From: Candidatus Thorarchaeota archaeon
GTDB taxonomy: Archaea; Asgardarchaeota; Thorarchaeia; Thorarchaeales; Thorarchaeaceae
Direction: 5' to 3'
Length of the DNA: 64,000 bases
Assembly: GCA_048884965.1 (NCBI GenBank)
Contig: JBHLQH010000006.1
Location: 32,001 to 96,000 of the forward strand
Shown here: positions 54,438 to 63,457 of the stretch, piece after piece
Position numbering within the stretch: the stretch's first letter is position 1
Layout: every line of letters starts with the position of its first letter
Notes under the pieces: generated by a model
The model's database searches: none
Seen by the model: only the letters and a program-made list of their open reading frames with translations
What the model was told of the DNA's origin: nothing
Made by a program: the position numbers and the translations under genes

Positions 54438-55694
54438 TCACACCCTAAGTGATGTTGGACGGGCTTCACGCCAATAGGTGACGCTCTGAGGTTCCAATCT
54501 CACAAGAACTCTTGAAATCAATGGTTTGCTCTGCCATGCAAGAGGTAGATTCTGTGATTCTTCTTTGTAATATTTCGTATACTTGGGGTATTTTCGTGTG
54601 AACATTGAACGTACTCGTAGCATCGATAAACCATAGAGAAACATCCTAAATACACCAATAGGAGAAATCTCTCCGAGGATGGTTCCAGTTCCTTGCATCA
54701 ATAATGTTCTGTTGTTCATCACATTCTTTCTATCTCGCATGTCGACAAGAACTGCCATCCTATTATTTCTCCTCAGATATCGGTATTTCGCAGACTTCAC
54801 ACTGGTAGCAAAGTAAAGATTCCTTCCGTCATAAACGAAGATGACTGGAGTAGTATGAGGATCTGTTTTTGTACACACGGATGCATACGCGAACTTCTCA
54901 TTGTATAGTATGCTTTCAACATCGGGTGGAAACCATGGAATAGTTTCCATTGCGAGGAAACTAATGACGGATAAGAGGAGAACCCCTCCAAGGAATGCGA
55001 TGATTCCAAGAGTCAATAAAGGAGAGGATGTGGCGATTGGTAATAGTAGTACAGCTGATGCCACCCACAGCAGATTGACCCAATCAATTGACTTCAAAGT
55101 TTGCAATTCTGAATATGCAGTATACTCAAGACCACGTCTTCCTCTTGCTGCTCTGGCCAGACTGATGGAACGCTTGGCTGCAAAGGAAGTCGTTAGGAAT
55201 GAAAGCCACAAACGATATGCGATATCCCAAGTTAGGATTAGGATGAGAAGCACAAGGATTGGGTTTCCATAACCTATGCCAAGAAATCTTGCCAAGATAG
55301 AAGGTTCAAGTATGAATAGATAGAATGAAACTCCAATGAATGCTGCAACACTTCCAGCCAGCTCATATTTCCTATCACATAGGAGTCGATTTTTGTATGA
55401 AGCTAGAACATCAAGCTCTTCTTCGTTGGTGGGGTTCTTTAATCTGCGCAGCCAAGGAATTACGAACAGGCAGCCAGATGACCAAACTACTGTATAGATG
55501 ATGGCAAGTGTGCCAAACACAACTGAATCCAGTGGCATCTGAAAATAGAGGAATGCCAGAATACCGACAGTTTCCACTAGGAGAAGCTGCGCAAGGACCT
55601 GAAAATCTGGACGTAGCCATTTGAAGGGTGGAACGTGCTCCACGATTTCTTCATAGAGCCACTTCTTTTCTTCAAGATCCACATTTTGACACAT
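54438..55694 (-). CDS. Membrane protein fused to C-terminal PPOX-like domain
   Basis: About 6 TMs in the first ~250 aa, then PHTTPVIF..SAKYRYLRRNNRMAVLVD..MQGTG. Confidence 0.75.
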   Translation of the reverse strand: MCQNVDLEEKKWLYEEIVEHVPPFKWLRPDFQVLAQLLLVETVGILAFLYFQMPLDSVVFGTLAIIYTVVWSSGCLFVIPWLRRLKNPTNEEELDVLASYKNRLLCDRKYELAGSVAAFIGVSFYLFILEPSILARFLGIGYGNPILVLLILILTWDIAYRLWLSFLTTSFAAKRSISLARAARGRRGLEYTAYSELQTLKSIDWVNLLWVASAVLLLPIATSSPLLTLGIIAFLGGVLLLSVISFLAMETIPWFPPDVESILYNEKFAYASVCTKTDPHTTPVIFVYDGRNLYFATSVKSAKYRYLRRNNRMAVLVDMRDRKNVMNNRTLLMQGTGTILGEISPIGVFRMFLYGLSMLRVRSMFTRKYPKYTKYYKEESQNLPLAWQSKPLISRVLVRLEPQSVTYWREARPTSLRV

Positions 55695-55743
55695 TAGCAG
55701 ACATATTCCGGATATGCCTTATGTGAGTTGCGAAATGGAGGAA

Positions 55744-56967
55744 TTATTCATAGATTTCTTCGAGACCATCCCATTCGAAACCCATTGCTTGAGCTACTAA
55801 TACGACCAAGTCCTTGGATAACTTGTTTGACCCTGCACCAGGTAATTGATTGTGCATGAAGTCGACACAAGAGGGACAATGTGACGCTACAACATTCGCA
55901 TTCGTAGCCTCGATGTCCTTGACCTTCAGATCGTTGATCTTAACGGCAAAGTCATTGTCTATTGCTCGGAGAACACCGCCTGAACCACAGCAATAGCTGT
56001 TTCCCTTGTTGTGAGGCAACTCCTCAAATACAACTCCAGGTAGATGTTCGAGAACCTTTCTAGGCTCCTCATAGAAGCCTGCGTTTCGACCTGCATCACA
56101 ACCATCATGATAGGTGACTGTCAAACCAAGGGGAGTGGTGAATTCCAACTTGTTGGCATCAAGGAGTTCCAACAGATACTCGGCACCATATACGATATCA
56201 AAGTCGTGCTCGATACCTAGGAACTCATGATACTCATGTGCCCACATCTTGTAGCATCCGGGGCAATTGGTAACAATCCTCTCAACGCCAAGTTCCTTGT
56301 ATTTCTCGATATTGTGAAGCGCGAATTTCCTTGCTGTTTCAAAATCTCCAGTCATGATCATCGGAGCACCGCAGCACCATTCTTCTTCACCAAGTAGAGT
56401 GAAGTCGACTCCTGCTTTGTCATAGATGAGAGTAGATGCTATTGTTCCCTGTATTGATACACCTTTGAAGGAGGAAGCACAGCCCATGAACAATGCTGTC
56501 TTTGCCTCTTTTCCCTGTAGGTCAAGTACCATGTCCTCGTCAGGGTGCCAGTATGACCAACCCTCAATCCTATCCATCTGAGATTGGCCCTGAATATTGT
56601 TAGTCTTCAGGAGAGTGTCCTTTGCCATCTGCAGCTCCTCTGGCCACATTCCTCTCTTTAGGAAATCATGACGCAGAAGCTGGTAGATCTTGACAAATGG
56701 GATGTCTACTTGACAGATCTCCTCACAACCTCCACATAGAGTACAACCAAAGATGGCGTCCCTGAGACCTTCTAGTCCTTGAGATGGTTTGAGTCGTCCC
56801 TGGATTAGATTCCTGGCAATGACCATCTTGCCCTTGCCAGAGTAACTATCACGCCGCTTGACCTTGTATGTCGGACAAGCTCCATTGCCTACTTGGCAGA
56901 AACTGCATTGAGCGCATGTATAAGGGATATCATGGAGTCCATGTGCTTCGAGTGTTGGGAATCGCAT
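55744..56967 (-). CDS. GlcF/HdrD-like Fe-S protein (2x[4Fe-4S] + 2 CCG domains)
   Basis: CAQCSFC...CP and CTLCGGCEEIC ferredoxin motifs. GC..WCCG..CPGC and HDGC..YCCG..CPSC CCG domains. Confidence 0.92.
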   Translation of the reverse strand: MRFPTLEAHGLHDIPYTCAQCSFCQVGNGACPTYKVKRRDSYSGKGKMVIARNLIQGRLKPSQGLEGLRDAIFGCTLCGGCEEICQVDIPFVKIYQLLRHDFLKRGMWPEELQMAKDTLLKTNNIQGQSQMDRIEGWSYWHPDEDMVLDLQGKEAKTALFMGCASSFKGVSIQGTIASTLIYDKAGVDFTLLGEEEWCCGAPMIMTGDFETARKFALHNIEKYKELGVERIVTNCPGCYKMWAHEYHEFLGIEHDFDIVYGAEYLLELLDANKLEFTTPLGLTVTYHDGCDAGRNAGFYEEPRKVLEHLPGVVFEELPHNKGNSYCCGSGGVLRAIDNDFAVKINDLKVKDIEATNANVVASHCPSCVDFMHNQLPGAGSNKLSKDLVVLVAQAMGFEWDGLEEIYE

Positions 56968-57194
56968 GTTCGTTACCTCGTCATTCCTGTTGAAATGTCT
57001 ATCGAAAGCATCTTACTGCGTTACACTTCGGAATACAATACTCCACAAATACCTTTCCACACCTTTCATCACTTACATCATGTAAACAAAAAATCGTCCG
57101 AGAGGAAAAAAACTCTCTCTCGCTAGGTTTTTATGTTAGCGAGGTTTCATTCGCTGCGTAAGGGTATCCGGACCAGTATACGGAGACGCCTCTC

Positions 57195-59135
57195 ATGGGA
57201 CTTAAGAAACGACAAATCGAGAAGCTTGCGGAACTCTTCGGAGATCGGCTCATTACTGAGAAGCACGAGTTAGTCATATTCAACACTGATGTTGGCGCCT
57301 TGCCAAAGCAAGTAGGATATATGATGAACAACAAACCTGATGCGGCAGTACAACCATTGACTCCGGAGGAGATTCAAGCTCTCTACGAAATTGCCAATAA
57401 AGAGAAGATACCTCTCGTTCCACGAGGAGCTGGGACAAGTGGGTATGGTGGTGCCATTCCACGAAAAGGTGGAATCATTGTAGACATTCGCAGGATGAAC
57501 AACATCATCGAGGTGGACAAGGAGAACCTGTCTGTTCTGGTAGAACCTGGACTCTCGTGGTCCAACCTACAGTTCGAGTTGAACCGTCAAGACTTGGATC
57601 TGCGATGCTATCCCTCATCAGGATTGGCTGCAACGATTGGAGGTTGGGTCGCTCAGGGTGGCGATGGTATTGGGTCTCTAAAGTATGGCAACATCAATGA
57701 GAATGTCCTTGAGTTTGAGGTCGTCCTACCAGATGGCAAGATAATCAAGAGTCGCGATACAGATCTCTTCTGTGACACTGAGGGAATACTGGGAATTATC
57801 ACCAAGGTCCGTTTGAAGATCAAGCCCCTTATGCCGCTAAAGGTCATCGTAGCAAGCTTCCCTGAGAACTACCAGATGGTTCTCGCAATGGAGAAGATGC
57901 TTGAGGATGGCCCATTACCTTATACTATCAAGTTTGAAGAATCAAAGTACACAGATCTCAAGAAGAAGGTCTGGGATGCTGATGAGCCCTTCCCGTTCCC
58001 CGTGCACCATGGAACAGTCATGGTCGCATACGAGGGAACAGATGAGGAGATTGAGGAAGGATTCGAGGTAGTTCGACATGTGACTGCAGAGTACAATGGT
58101 GTCGTCTACGATGAGCACGTAGCAGCGCACGAATGGCATGATCGATTCTATCCTATGCGTGTAAAGAAGGCTGGTCCTACCCTAGTTGTCGGACAGGCAT
58201 TCGCACCCCTTGAGAACCTTGAGGCTATTCTCTCTGATTTCCAGTTCGAGCAAGCCTCTGCCCAAGCGGGTATCGATGGATATGTGACCTCAAGATCAGG
58301 GGTAACTATCATGGGCTACTTCCTTGAAGACGAACGCAGAATGTTCTTCATGCTCTCCTGGTCACAAAGCTTTGTCATATTCAAGATCGCTCAACGACAT
58401 GGCGGACATCCCCACGGAATAGGGATCTGGTTCGCCAACTATGCGCCACAATACTTTGGCACACGACGACTGGCAAAGATTAGGGCTGCCAAGCTTCAGT
58501 ATGATAAGAATGAGATCTCGAATCCTGGGAAGATATTCGCATACTGGCTTCCCTTCATTCTTCGTATTGGCAAGTATTTCATGTGGATCGGTTATGACCT
58601 CTTCCGGAATGGATGGGGACGAATCGCTCCAGTGCTTTTGAAATGGCTACAGAATGTACCTCCTCTGAAGTGGATGCTCCGCTGGGGTCGTGGCCATAGT
58701 CCATGGCCTGTACAGTTCGGTCTTGGATGTTGTATGATGGACGGTGCGGCAGCTGTTGCCTCACGTTGGGACATTGAACGATTTGGAATGCTTCCACTCT
58801 TCGGTCCACGTCAGGCTGATGTGCTGTGGGTATCAGGGTCTCTGACCAAGAAGATGGCTCCACGACTTCGCAGAATCTATGAGCAGATGCCTGAGCCCAA
58901 GTATGTCATTAGCTTCGGTCAATGCGCCGCAAGTGGTGGCATGTTCTGGGATGGCTATTCTCTGATGACCCCGCCAGACAAGGTAGTGCCCGTTGATGTG
59001 TATCTGCCCGGTTGCCCACCAAAACCTGTAGATTTCGTACGAGCGCATTTGATATTACAAAACAAGATTCGCGCCGGTACAACGCACTGGCAGAGGAAGT
59101 ACGAGAATCAAGATGCAATGGGGATGATGCAATGA
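57195..59135 (+). CDS. Fusion of GlcD/D-lactate-dehydrogenase-like FAD oxidoreductase and NuoB (complex I N2 subunit)
   Basis: N-terminal PRGAGTS..GG, VEPG, ATIGG, LKYG, TEGILGIITK, HGIG, NPGK. C-terminal GLGCC, PRQADVL, GSLTKKMAP, QMPEPKYVI, GQCAASGG, PVDVYLPGCPP. Single uninterrupted ORF. Confidence 0.93.
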   Translation: MGLKKRQIEKLAELFGDRLITEKHELVIFNTDVGALPKQVGYMMNNKPDAAVQPLTPEEIQALYEIANKEKIPLVPRGAGTSGYGGAIPRKGGIIVDIRRMNNIIEVDKENLSVLVEPGLSWSNLQFELNRQDLDLRCYPSSGLAATIGGWVAQGGDGIGSLKYGNINENVLEFEVVLPDGKIIKSRDTDLFCDTEGILGIITKVRLKIKPLMPLKVIVASFPENYQMVLAMEKMLEDGPLPYTIKFEESKYTDLKKKVWDADEPFPFPVHHGTVMVAYEGTDEEIEEGFEVVRHVTAEYNGVVYDEHVAAHEWHDRFYPMRVKKAGPTLVVGQAFAPLENLEAILSDFQFEQASAQAGIDGYVTSRSGVTIMGYFLEDERRMFFMLSWSQSFVIFKIAQRHGGHPHGIGIWFANYAPQYFGTRRLAKIRAAKLQYDKNEISNPGKIFAYWLPFILRIGKYFMWIGYDLFRNGWGRIAPVLLKWLQNVPPLKWMLRWGRGHSPWPVQFGLGCCMMDGAAAVASRWDIERFGMLPLFGPRQADVLWVSGSLTKKMAPRLRRIYEQMPEPKYVISFGQCAASGGMFWDGYSLMTPPDKVVPVDVYLPGCPPKPVDFVRAHLILQNKIRAGTTHWQRKYENQDAMGMMQ

Positions 59136-59692
59136 GTCGACGGTTGAACGAGGACGCAGACAGGTACTGCATGTTCTGGCTTGGTATCATGATGATGACT
59201 GCCTACTATGCAGAGTTCATCATCAAGCCCACAGTTGGGTTGATTACCTTGGGATTTGGCAACCTCGTACCTCTCCTTGGTGGTCCACTAATCATTGTTG
59301 CCGCATTCTTTGGGTATTTCGCCCCTGAGGCAAGGAGTAGGAGAGAAAAAATGCGAAAGAATACATCTTTGGCTGTAGCGATTTTCGTTGCTCTCATGTA
59401 CATGATTTTCTCATTTGTTGTATATCCTTGGGAGATGGCTGATGTTGTGTGGTATTCATTTTGGGGTATTGGCTCTGCTATCGTAACCGCAGGTGGAGCC
59501 GCGATGATCCGAATAACCACCGCTGATGAAGCATACACACCTGGTATCATGGATGTCAGTAAGCTGCATTACGGACCTCCACCCGCAGAACCTGAGGTCG
59601 AGATCGAAGCTATAACTGCAGAATCTTCTGACGAATCCAAAGAAAAATCTGAAGAGGAAATATCAGTAGCTCCAACTGAAGCTACTGAGTGA
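59132..59692 (+). CDS. Hypothetical 4-TM membrane protein with acidic tail, translationally coupled to the fusion gene
   Basis: ATGA overlap at 59132-59135. Hydrophobic segments and E/S-rich C-terminus. Confidence 0.7.
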   Translation: MSRRLNEDADRYCMFWLGIMMMTAYYAEFIIKPTVGLITLGFGNLVPLLGGPLIIVAAFFGYFAPEARSRREKMRKNTSLAVAIFVALMYMIFSFVVYPWEMADVVWYSFWGIGSAIVTAGGAAMIRITTADEAYTPGIMDVSKLHYGPPPAEPEVEIEAITAESSDESKEKSEEEISVAPTEATE

Positions 59693-59699
59693 TTCCCTC

Positions 59700-60065
59700 T
59701 CACTCTAGCAGCCAATTGAATGCTGCGAATGCCAACAACAGTCCAAATGCTATCCATGCGAACAAGATTATTCCTGGAAAGACATCATACATGGAAATAT
59801 CCAAGAAGAAATGAACACCGCCAGTGACGCCACAGATGGCAGTCATAGCAACTCTCGATGTGCGCGTCTTAGTATAGACAAAGAGAAATGCCGATATCAG
59901 TAAAACGATACCACTCATGAATAGGATGAATTGGTAGTATGTACTGAAATGGAATGCCTCAATTGTTGCAGGTGTGGTAAGTATATACCACAAATAGGCT
60001 CCGACAAGACTCATACCTATCAGGAGCGCAAGATAATAGAAGAATCCTCCTTCTTCTCGACTCAA
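59700..60065 (-). CDS. Hypothetical 4-TM membrane protein
   Basis: Four hydrophobic segments. AGGAG upstream. Confidence 0.65.
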   Translation of the reverse strand: MSREEGGFFYYLALLIGMSLVGAYLWYILTTPATIEAFHFSTYYQFILFMSGIVLLISAFLFVYTKTRTSRVAMTAICGVTGGVHFFLDISMYDVFPGIILFAWIAFGLLLAFAAFNWLLE

Positions 60066-60186
60066 TGTTATCGGTTCTCCTTTAGTTGTACAACCGACTT
60101 TCTAGGTAGCAACTACAATATTTAACTTCTCCGAGATTCTTGCGAAGCGTTTTTAATACGGCTGTACATTCCGCCCTTCTCAAGTT

Positions 60187-60391
60187 ACAGGTTTACGATA
60201 CACGAAGAATCCAGAGTGTCACTACGTAAACAAGCGTGATGTTTATCACTTGGTTGTATCGTCCTGTTGCTAAGCATTGATGTCAAATGAACACCACGAG
60301 AATGATTGAAGATGGTTCAGGAACAACACTTTTACCTTACCATTTGTCAGGATTGCGTCAGTCTTGTCGAAGCTGACAGACTTCTCGGGTG
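60187..60391 (+). promoter_or_regulatory. Structured 5' leader candidate upstream of nuoA
   Basis: TATA-like TTTTAATA near 60151 and several complementary blocks (see findings). Confidence 0.35.
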
Positions 60392-60418
60392 TCGTGAAAC
60401 AGAGGACGGTATCAGAGC

Positions 60419-60853
60419 ATGAGGTTATTCGTGGACTTCGTACCGGTATTAGTATGGGCACTACTTGCCATTGTGCTTGTAGTTGTGATGCTTTTGGCTT
60501 CATGGGTCTTGCGACCGCATGTTCTCCAGAATTCGGAGAAGCTATCATCATATGAGTGTGGTGAGGATCCAATTGGAGTAGCAAGGATATCTTACCCGTA
60601 CAACTACCTGGTATACACCATTCTATTTGTTGTGATTGATGTGATGGGTGCATTCCTATGGTTGCTGGCGGCATCTACACTAAGACTGGAAGCGATGATA
60701 GTTTGGCAGACTCTGATATTTGTCTTGATCATCATGGGCGGAATAGGTTTCGCGATGAAGCTGTTGCCACAAGCATCTCTCGATGGCAAAGAGACACTCG
60801 AGTTGTATCGTGAAACCAAGAAAGCTCGGGAGGCGACTCAATCCCATCATTAA
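60419..60853 (+). CDS. nuoA: Complex I-like subunit A
   Basis: EKLSSYECGEDP loop, 3 TMs. Confidence 0.92.
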   Translation: MRLFVDFVPVLVWALLAIVLVVVMLLASWVLRPHVLQNSEKLSSYECGEDPIGVARISYPYNYLVYTILFVVIDVMGAFLWLLAASTLRLEAMIVWQTLIFVLIIMGGIGFAMKLLPQASLDGKETLELYRETKKAREATQSHH

Positions 60854-60860
60854 GAGGTGA

Positions 60861-61502
60861 ATGATCATGCAAGAATTAGATCCATTCCTCCAACTCTTTG
60901 AGCAAGTAGAATTCTTACTCATTGCAGGCATAGTAATTGTTCTTGGCTACCTTGCACTAGAACACAAGGACATAGTCTACGCTGCTTTCTTCTTTGGTTT
61001 CATGGCAAGTATTGTTGCGGGTTTCTTCTTACTACTTGACGCACCTTACATTGCCGGTATGCAGATTGCTGTTTATACAGGTGGCATCAGTGCATTGATT
61101 ATCTTTGGCGTTCTGCTACTTCCTCGTGCGCAAGACACAAGCCTAGAGATTTTCGCATCTCCCAGTAAACGACGAATCGGTATGCTTGCAGCTGCATTCG
61201 TGATGGCATTCTCTGGTGGCCTTGCGCTTGCATTCCCATGGCCTTCTGTGATACCTGAAGGTATACCGGAGTTCTCTCAGAGCCTACAAGGTCTAGCAGA
61301 ATGGCTTTGGCAAGAACATGGTCTCTATGTGCAGATTATTGCATTGATTATCCTTACTACCCTCGTTGGTTCACTTGCCCTCCTTCAGATGGATAAGGGA
61401 GAGGCATTGAAGGGAGTCACCGCTGAATTCGGGATTGAAGCAGAGCCGGAGCCTGAGACCGATGAATACTCTGATGAAGAAATAAAGGAGGCTTCGAACT
61501 AA
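60861..61502 (+). CDS. nuoJ: Complex I-like subunit J
   Basis: LLDAPYIAGMQIAVYTGGI motif, 5 TMs. Confidence 0.9.
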   Translation: MIMQELDPFLQLFEQVEFLLIAGIVIVLGYLALEHKDIVYAAFFFGFMASIVAGFFLLLDAPYIAGMQIAVYTGGISALIIFGVLLLPRAQDTSLEIFASPSKRRIGMLAAAFVMAFSGGLALAFPWPSVIPEGIPEFSQSLQGLAEWLWQEHGLYVQIIALIILTTLVGSLALLQMDKGEALKGVTAEFGIEAEPEPETDEYSDEEIKEASN

Positions 61503-61813
61503 TGGTCCCGCTAACATGGTATCTTGTCGTCGCCTTCATCCTGATTGGTCTTGGAGCGTATGGGATGATGGTCAAGCGGAACCTCATCCGAATTCTGATA
61601 GCTGCTGAGATTATGGGCAATGGCGTTAATGTTGCGCTCGTTTCGTTGGCTGTCTATGGCGGGTACTTCTCATACACCCCACAGGGTCTCATTATGTTGA
61701 TTATCTCGGTAGCGGCTGCTCATACCGCTTTAGCCCTTGTTCTAATGCTAATGTACAACCGTCGCTATGGTACGGTTGACTTAGGAACACCACTACAACA
61801 GGAGGTGTCCTAG
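61502..61813 (+). CDS. nuoK: Complex I-like subunit K
   Basis: LGAYG..KRNLIRILIAAEIM, VAAA motifs. Confidence 0.9.
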   Translation: MVPLTWYLVVAFILIGLGAYGMMVKRNLIRILIAAEIMGNGVNVALVSLAVYGGYFSYTPQGLIMLIISVAAAHTALALVLMLMYNRRYGTVDLGTPLQQEVS

Positions 61814-61814
61814 A

Positions 61815-62324
61815 ATGGGTCCGGAAGATCTAGTTCGGAAGTTCAATTCGAAGTTTCCTGAGATAGAAGCCAATGTCCAGGACAGTACTCATGTCGAGTT
61901 CACTGTGCCAAAAGGTAAGATACGTGATCTAGTAAATCTTGTAGATGAGACGTTTCCTATGGTTCTTCCTGAAACAGTCTTTGGTGTTGATCTTGGTGAT
62001 GATAAATATCAGATCAACTATATGTTCTGGTCTAGAGATAGTCGTTTGATAACTCAACTAAGAGTCAATCTGGATGGTCCAACACCATCTGTTGATTCTG
62101 TAAGCGATATCTTCCCAGCATTCGAATGGCATGAGCGTGAAACACATGAGATGTTTGGGATTATGTTCAATGGTCATCCTGACCTTCGACCACTTCTTTT
62201 ACCTGATGAGTTGGTTGGTCAGTACCCACTCCGTAAAAGTTTCCAAACAGATCGAAGTCGAGAAGACGAATCAGGTCTCGTGGTCAAAAAGCCACGCCCT
62301 GATGCTGGAGGTGGCAGTGAATGA
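61815..62324 (+). CDS. nuoC: Complex I-like subunit C
   Basis: WHERETHEMFGIMFNGHPDLRPLLLP..YPLRK motif. Confidence 0.93.
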   Translation: MGPEDLVRKFNSKFPEIEANVQDSTHVEFTVPKGKIRDLVNLVDETFPMVLPETVFGVDLGDDKYQINYMFWSRDSRLITQLRVNLDGPTPSVDSVSDIFPAFEWHERETHEMFGIMFNGHPDLRPLLLPDELVGQYPLRKSFQTDRSREDESGLVVKKPRPDAGGGSE

Positions 62325-63457
62325 GCCCTGACATTGTTGATGAATCAGTAGATATCTGGTTTGGGCCACAGCATGTATCCGCACATGGATGGGCTGCAAA
62401 ACTCAAGCTAGTTGGCGACTTTATCGTAGAATGCGATCCACATGCAGGATATTTCCACAGGTCTGCAGAGAAGTGTTTGGAGTATCGAAACTTCCGCCAA
62501 GGCTCACTGATCCTTGAGCGACTGTGTATGCTTGAAGCATTCCTTTCCGAATATCCCTACCTTAGTGCAGTCGAGCAAATTGCTGGTCTTGAAGTCCCTG
62601 AACGTGCTAAGGTCATCCGGACCATCATGATGGAGGCGAGCAGGATTCACTCCTTCCAGTTCTGGTGGGGTCAGTTCTCAGCTGAGATGGGATTCTTTGC
62701 TATGACCCTTTGGCCATGGGTGGACCGAGAATACTTCCTGGATGCCTTTGAGGAACTGACTGGTTCCCGTCACGCTCCAAGCTTTGGGACTCCTGGCGGC
62801 GTCAGATTTGACTTTACTGAGAAATCTGTGAAGAAATTGGAGAAAGCAATTGATGTGTTGGAGAGCAATCTGCCAAAGTTCGAGGACATGCTTCTGGGAA
62901 GTCCAATCTTTAGGATGCGAACAGAAGGAGTCGCCCGTTATAGTGGCAAACAGGCGCTTCGATGGGGATTCTCAGGGCCAAACATTAAGGCTTGCGGAAT
63001 ACCCATGGATTTGAGGAAGGATTTCCCTGATCCAAATCTCGCTTACAATATGGCTGATTGGGAAGTTCCTATTGTGGAGAATCCTGAGTATCCCGGTGAA
63101 AGCGATGCATTCGACAGGATGCTCCAGAGATTCAAAGAGGTCAAGACCTCTGTCAGCATCATTAAGCAGCTGTTGCCCCAGGTACCTGAGGGCGAGATCG
63201 TAGATCCAAAGGCTAGAGCAAAAGCCAATCGCCTCCCTGAAGGAGAAGCCTATGGCCGAGTTGAGGGAACTCGTGGAATCATTTCTCTCTGGTTGAAGAC
63301 ACTGGATAAAGCACAGACCCCCTATCGGGCGAAGATACGCGGACCGTGCCTACAATCATACTATTCACTCAAGCATCTGGTACCTAGTGCCAGATTCGCT
63401 GATTTCATTGTAATATTTGGAAGCCTTGATCCATATCCAGGATGGTGGGATAGATGA
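62321..63457 (+). CDS. nuoD: Complex I/MBS-like subunit D (no NiFe CxxC pairs)
   Basis: GPQHVSAHG, GYFHRSAEK, VPERA, PGGV, GEAYGRVE..RG, PYRAKIRGP and SLDPYPGWWDR motifs. Confidence 0.9.
   Translation: MSPDIVDESVDIWFGPQHVSAHGWAAKLKLVGDFIVECDPHAGYFHRSAEKCLEYRNFRQGSLILERLCMLEAFLSEYPYLSAVEQIAGLEVPERAKVIRTIMMEASRIHSFQFWWGQFSAEMGFFAMTLWPWVDREYFLDAFEELTGSRHAPSFGTPGGVRFDFTEKSVKKLEKAIDVLESNLPKFEDMLLGSPIFRMRTEGVARYSGKQALRWGFSGPNIKACGIPMDLRKDFPDPNLAYNMADWEVPIVENPEYPGESDAFDRMLQRFKEVKTSVSIIKQLLPQVPEGEIVDPKARAKANRLPEGEAYGRVEGTRGIISLWLKTLDKAQTPYRAKIRGPCLQSYYSLKHLVPSARFADFIVIFGSLDPYPGWWDR

Noticed and set aside
60270-60674. ORFs 60270-60674 (-) and 60364-60555 (+, Cys-rich) as extra subunits
   Set aside because: They overlap nuoA antisense or out of frame. 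The Cys pattern is a by-product of hydrophobic codons.
62321-63457. Group 4 [NiFe]-hydrogenase large subunit
   Set aside because: Neither L1 nor L2 CxxC pair is present. Only one Cys remains in L1.
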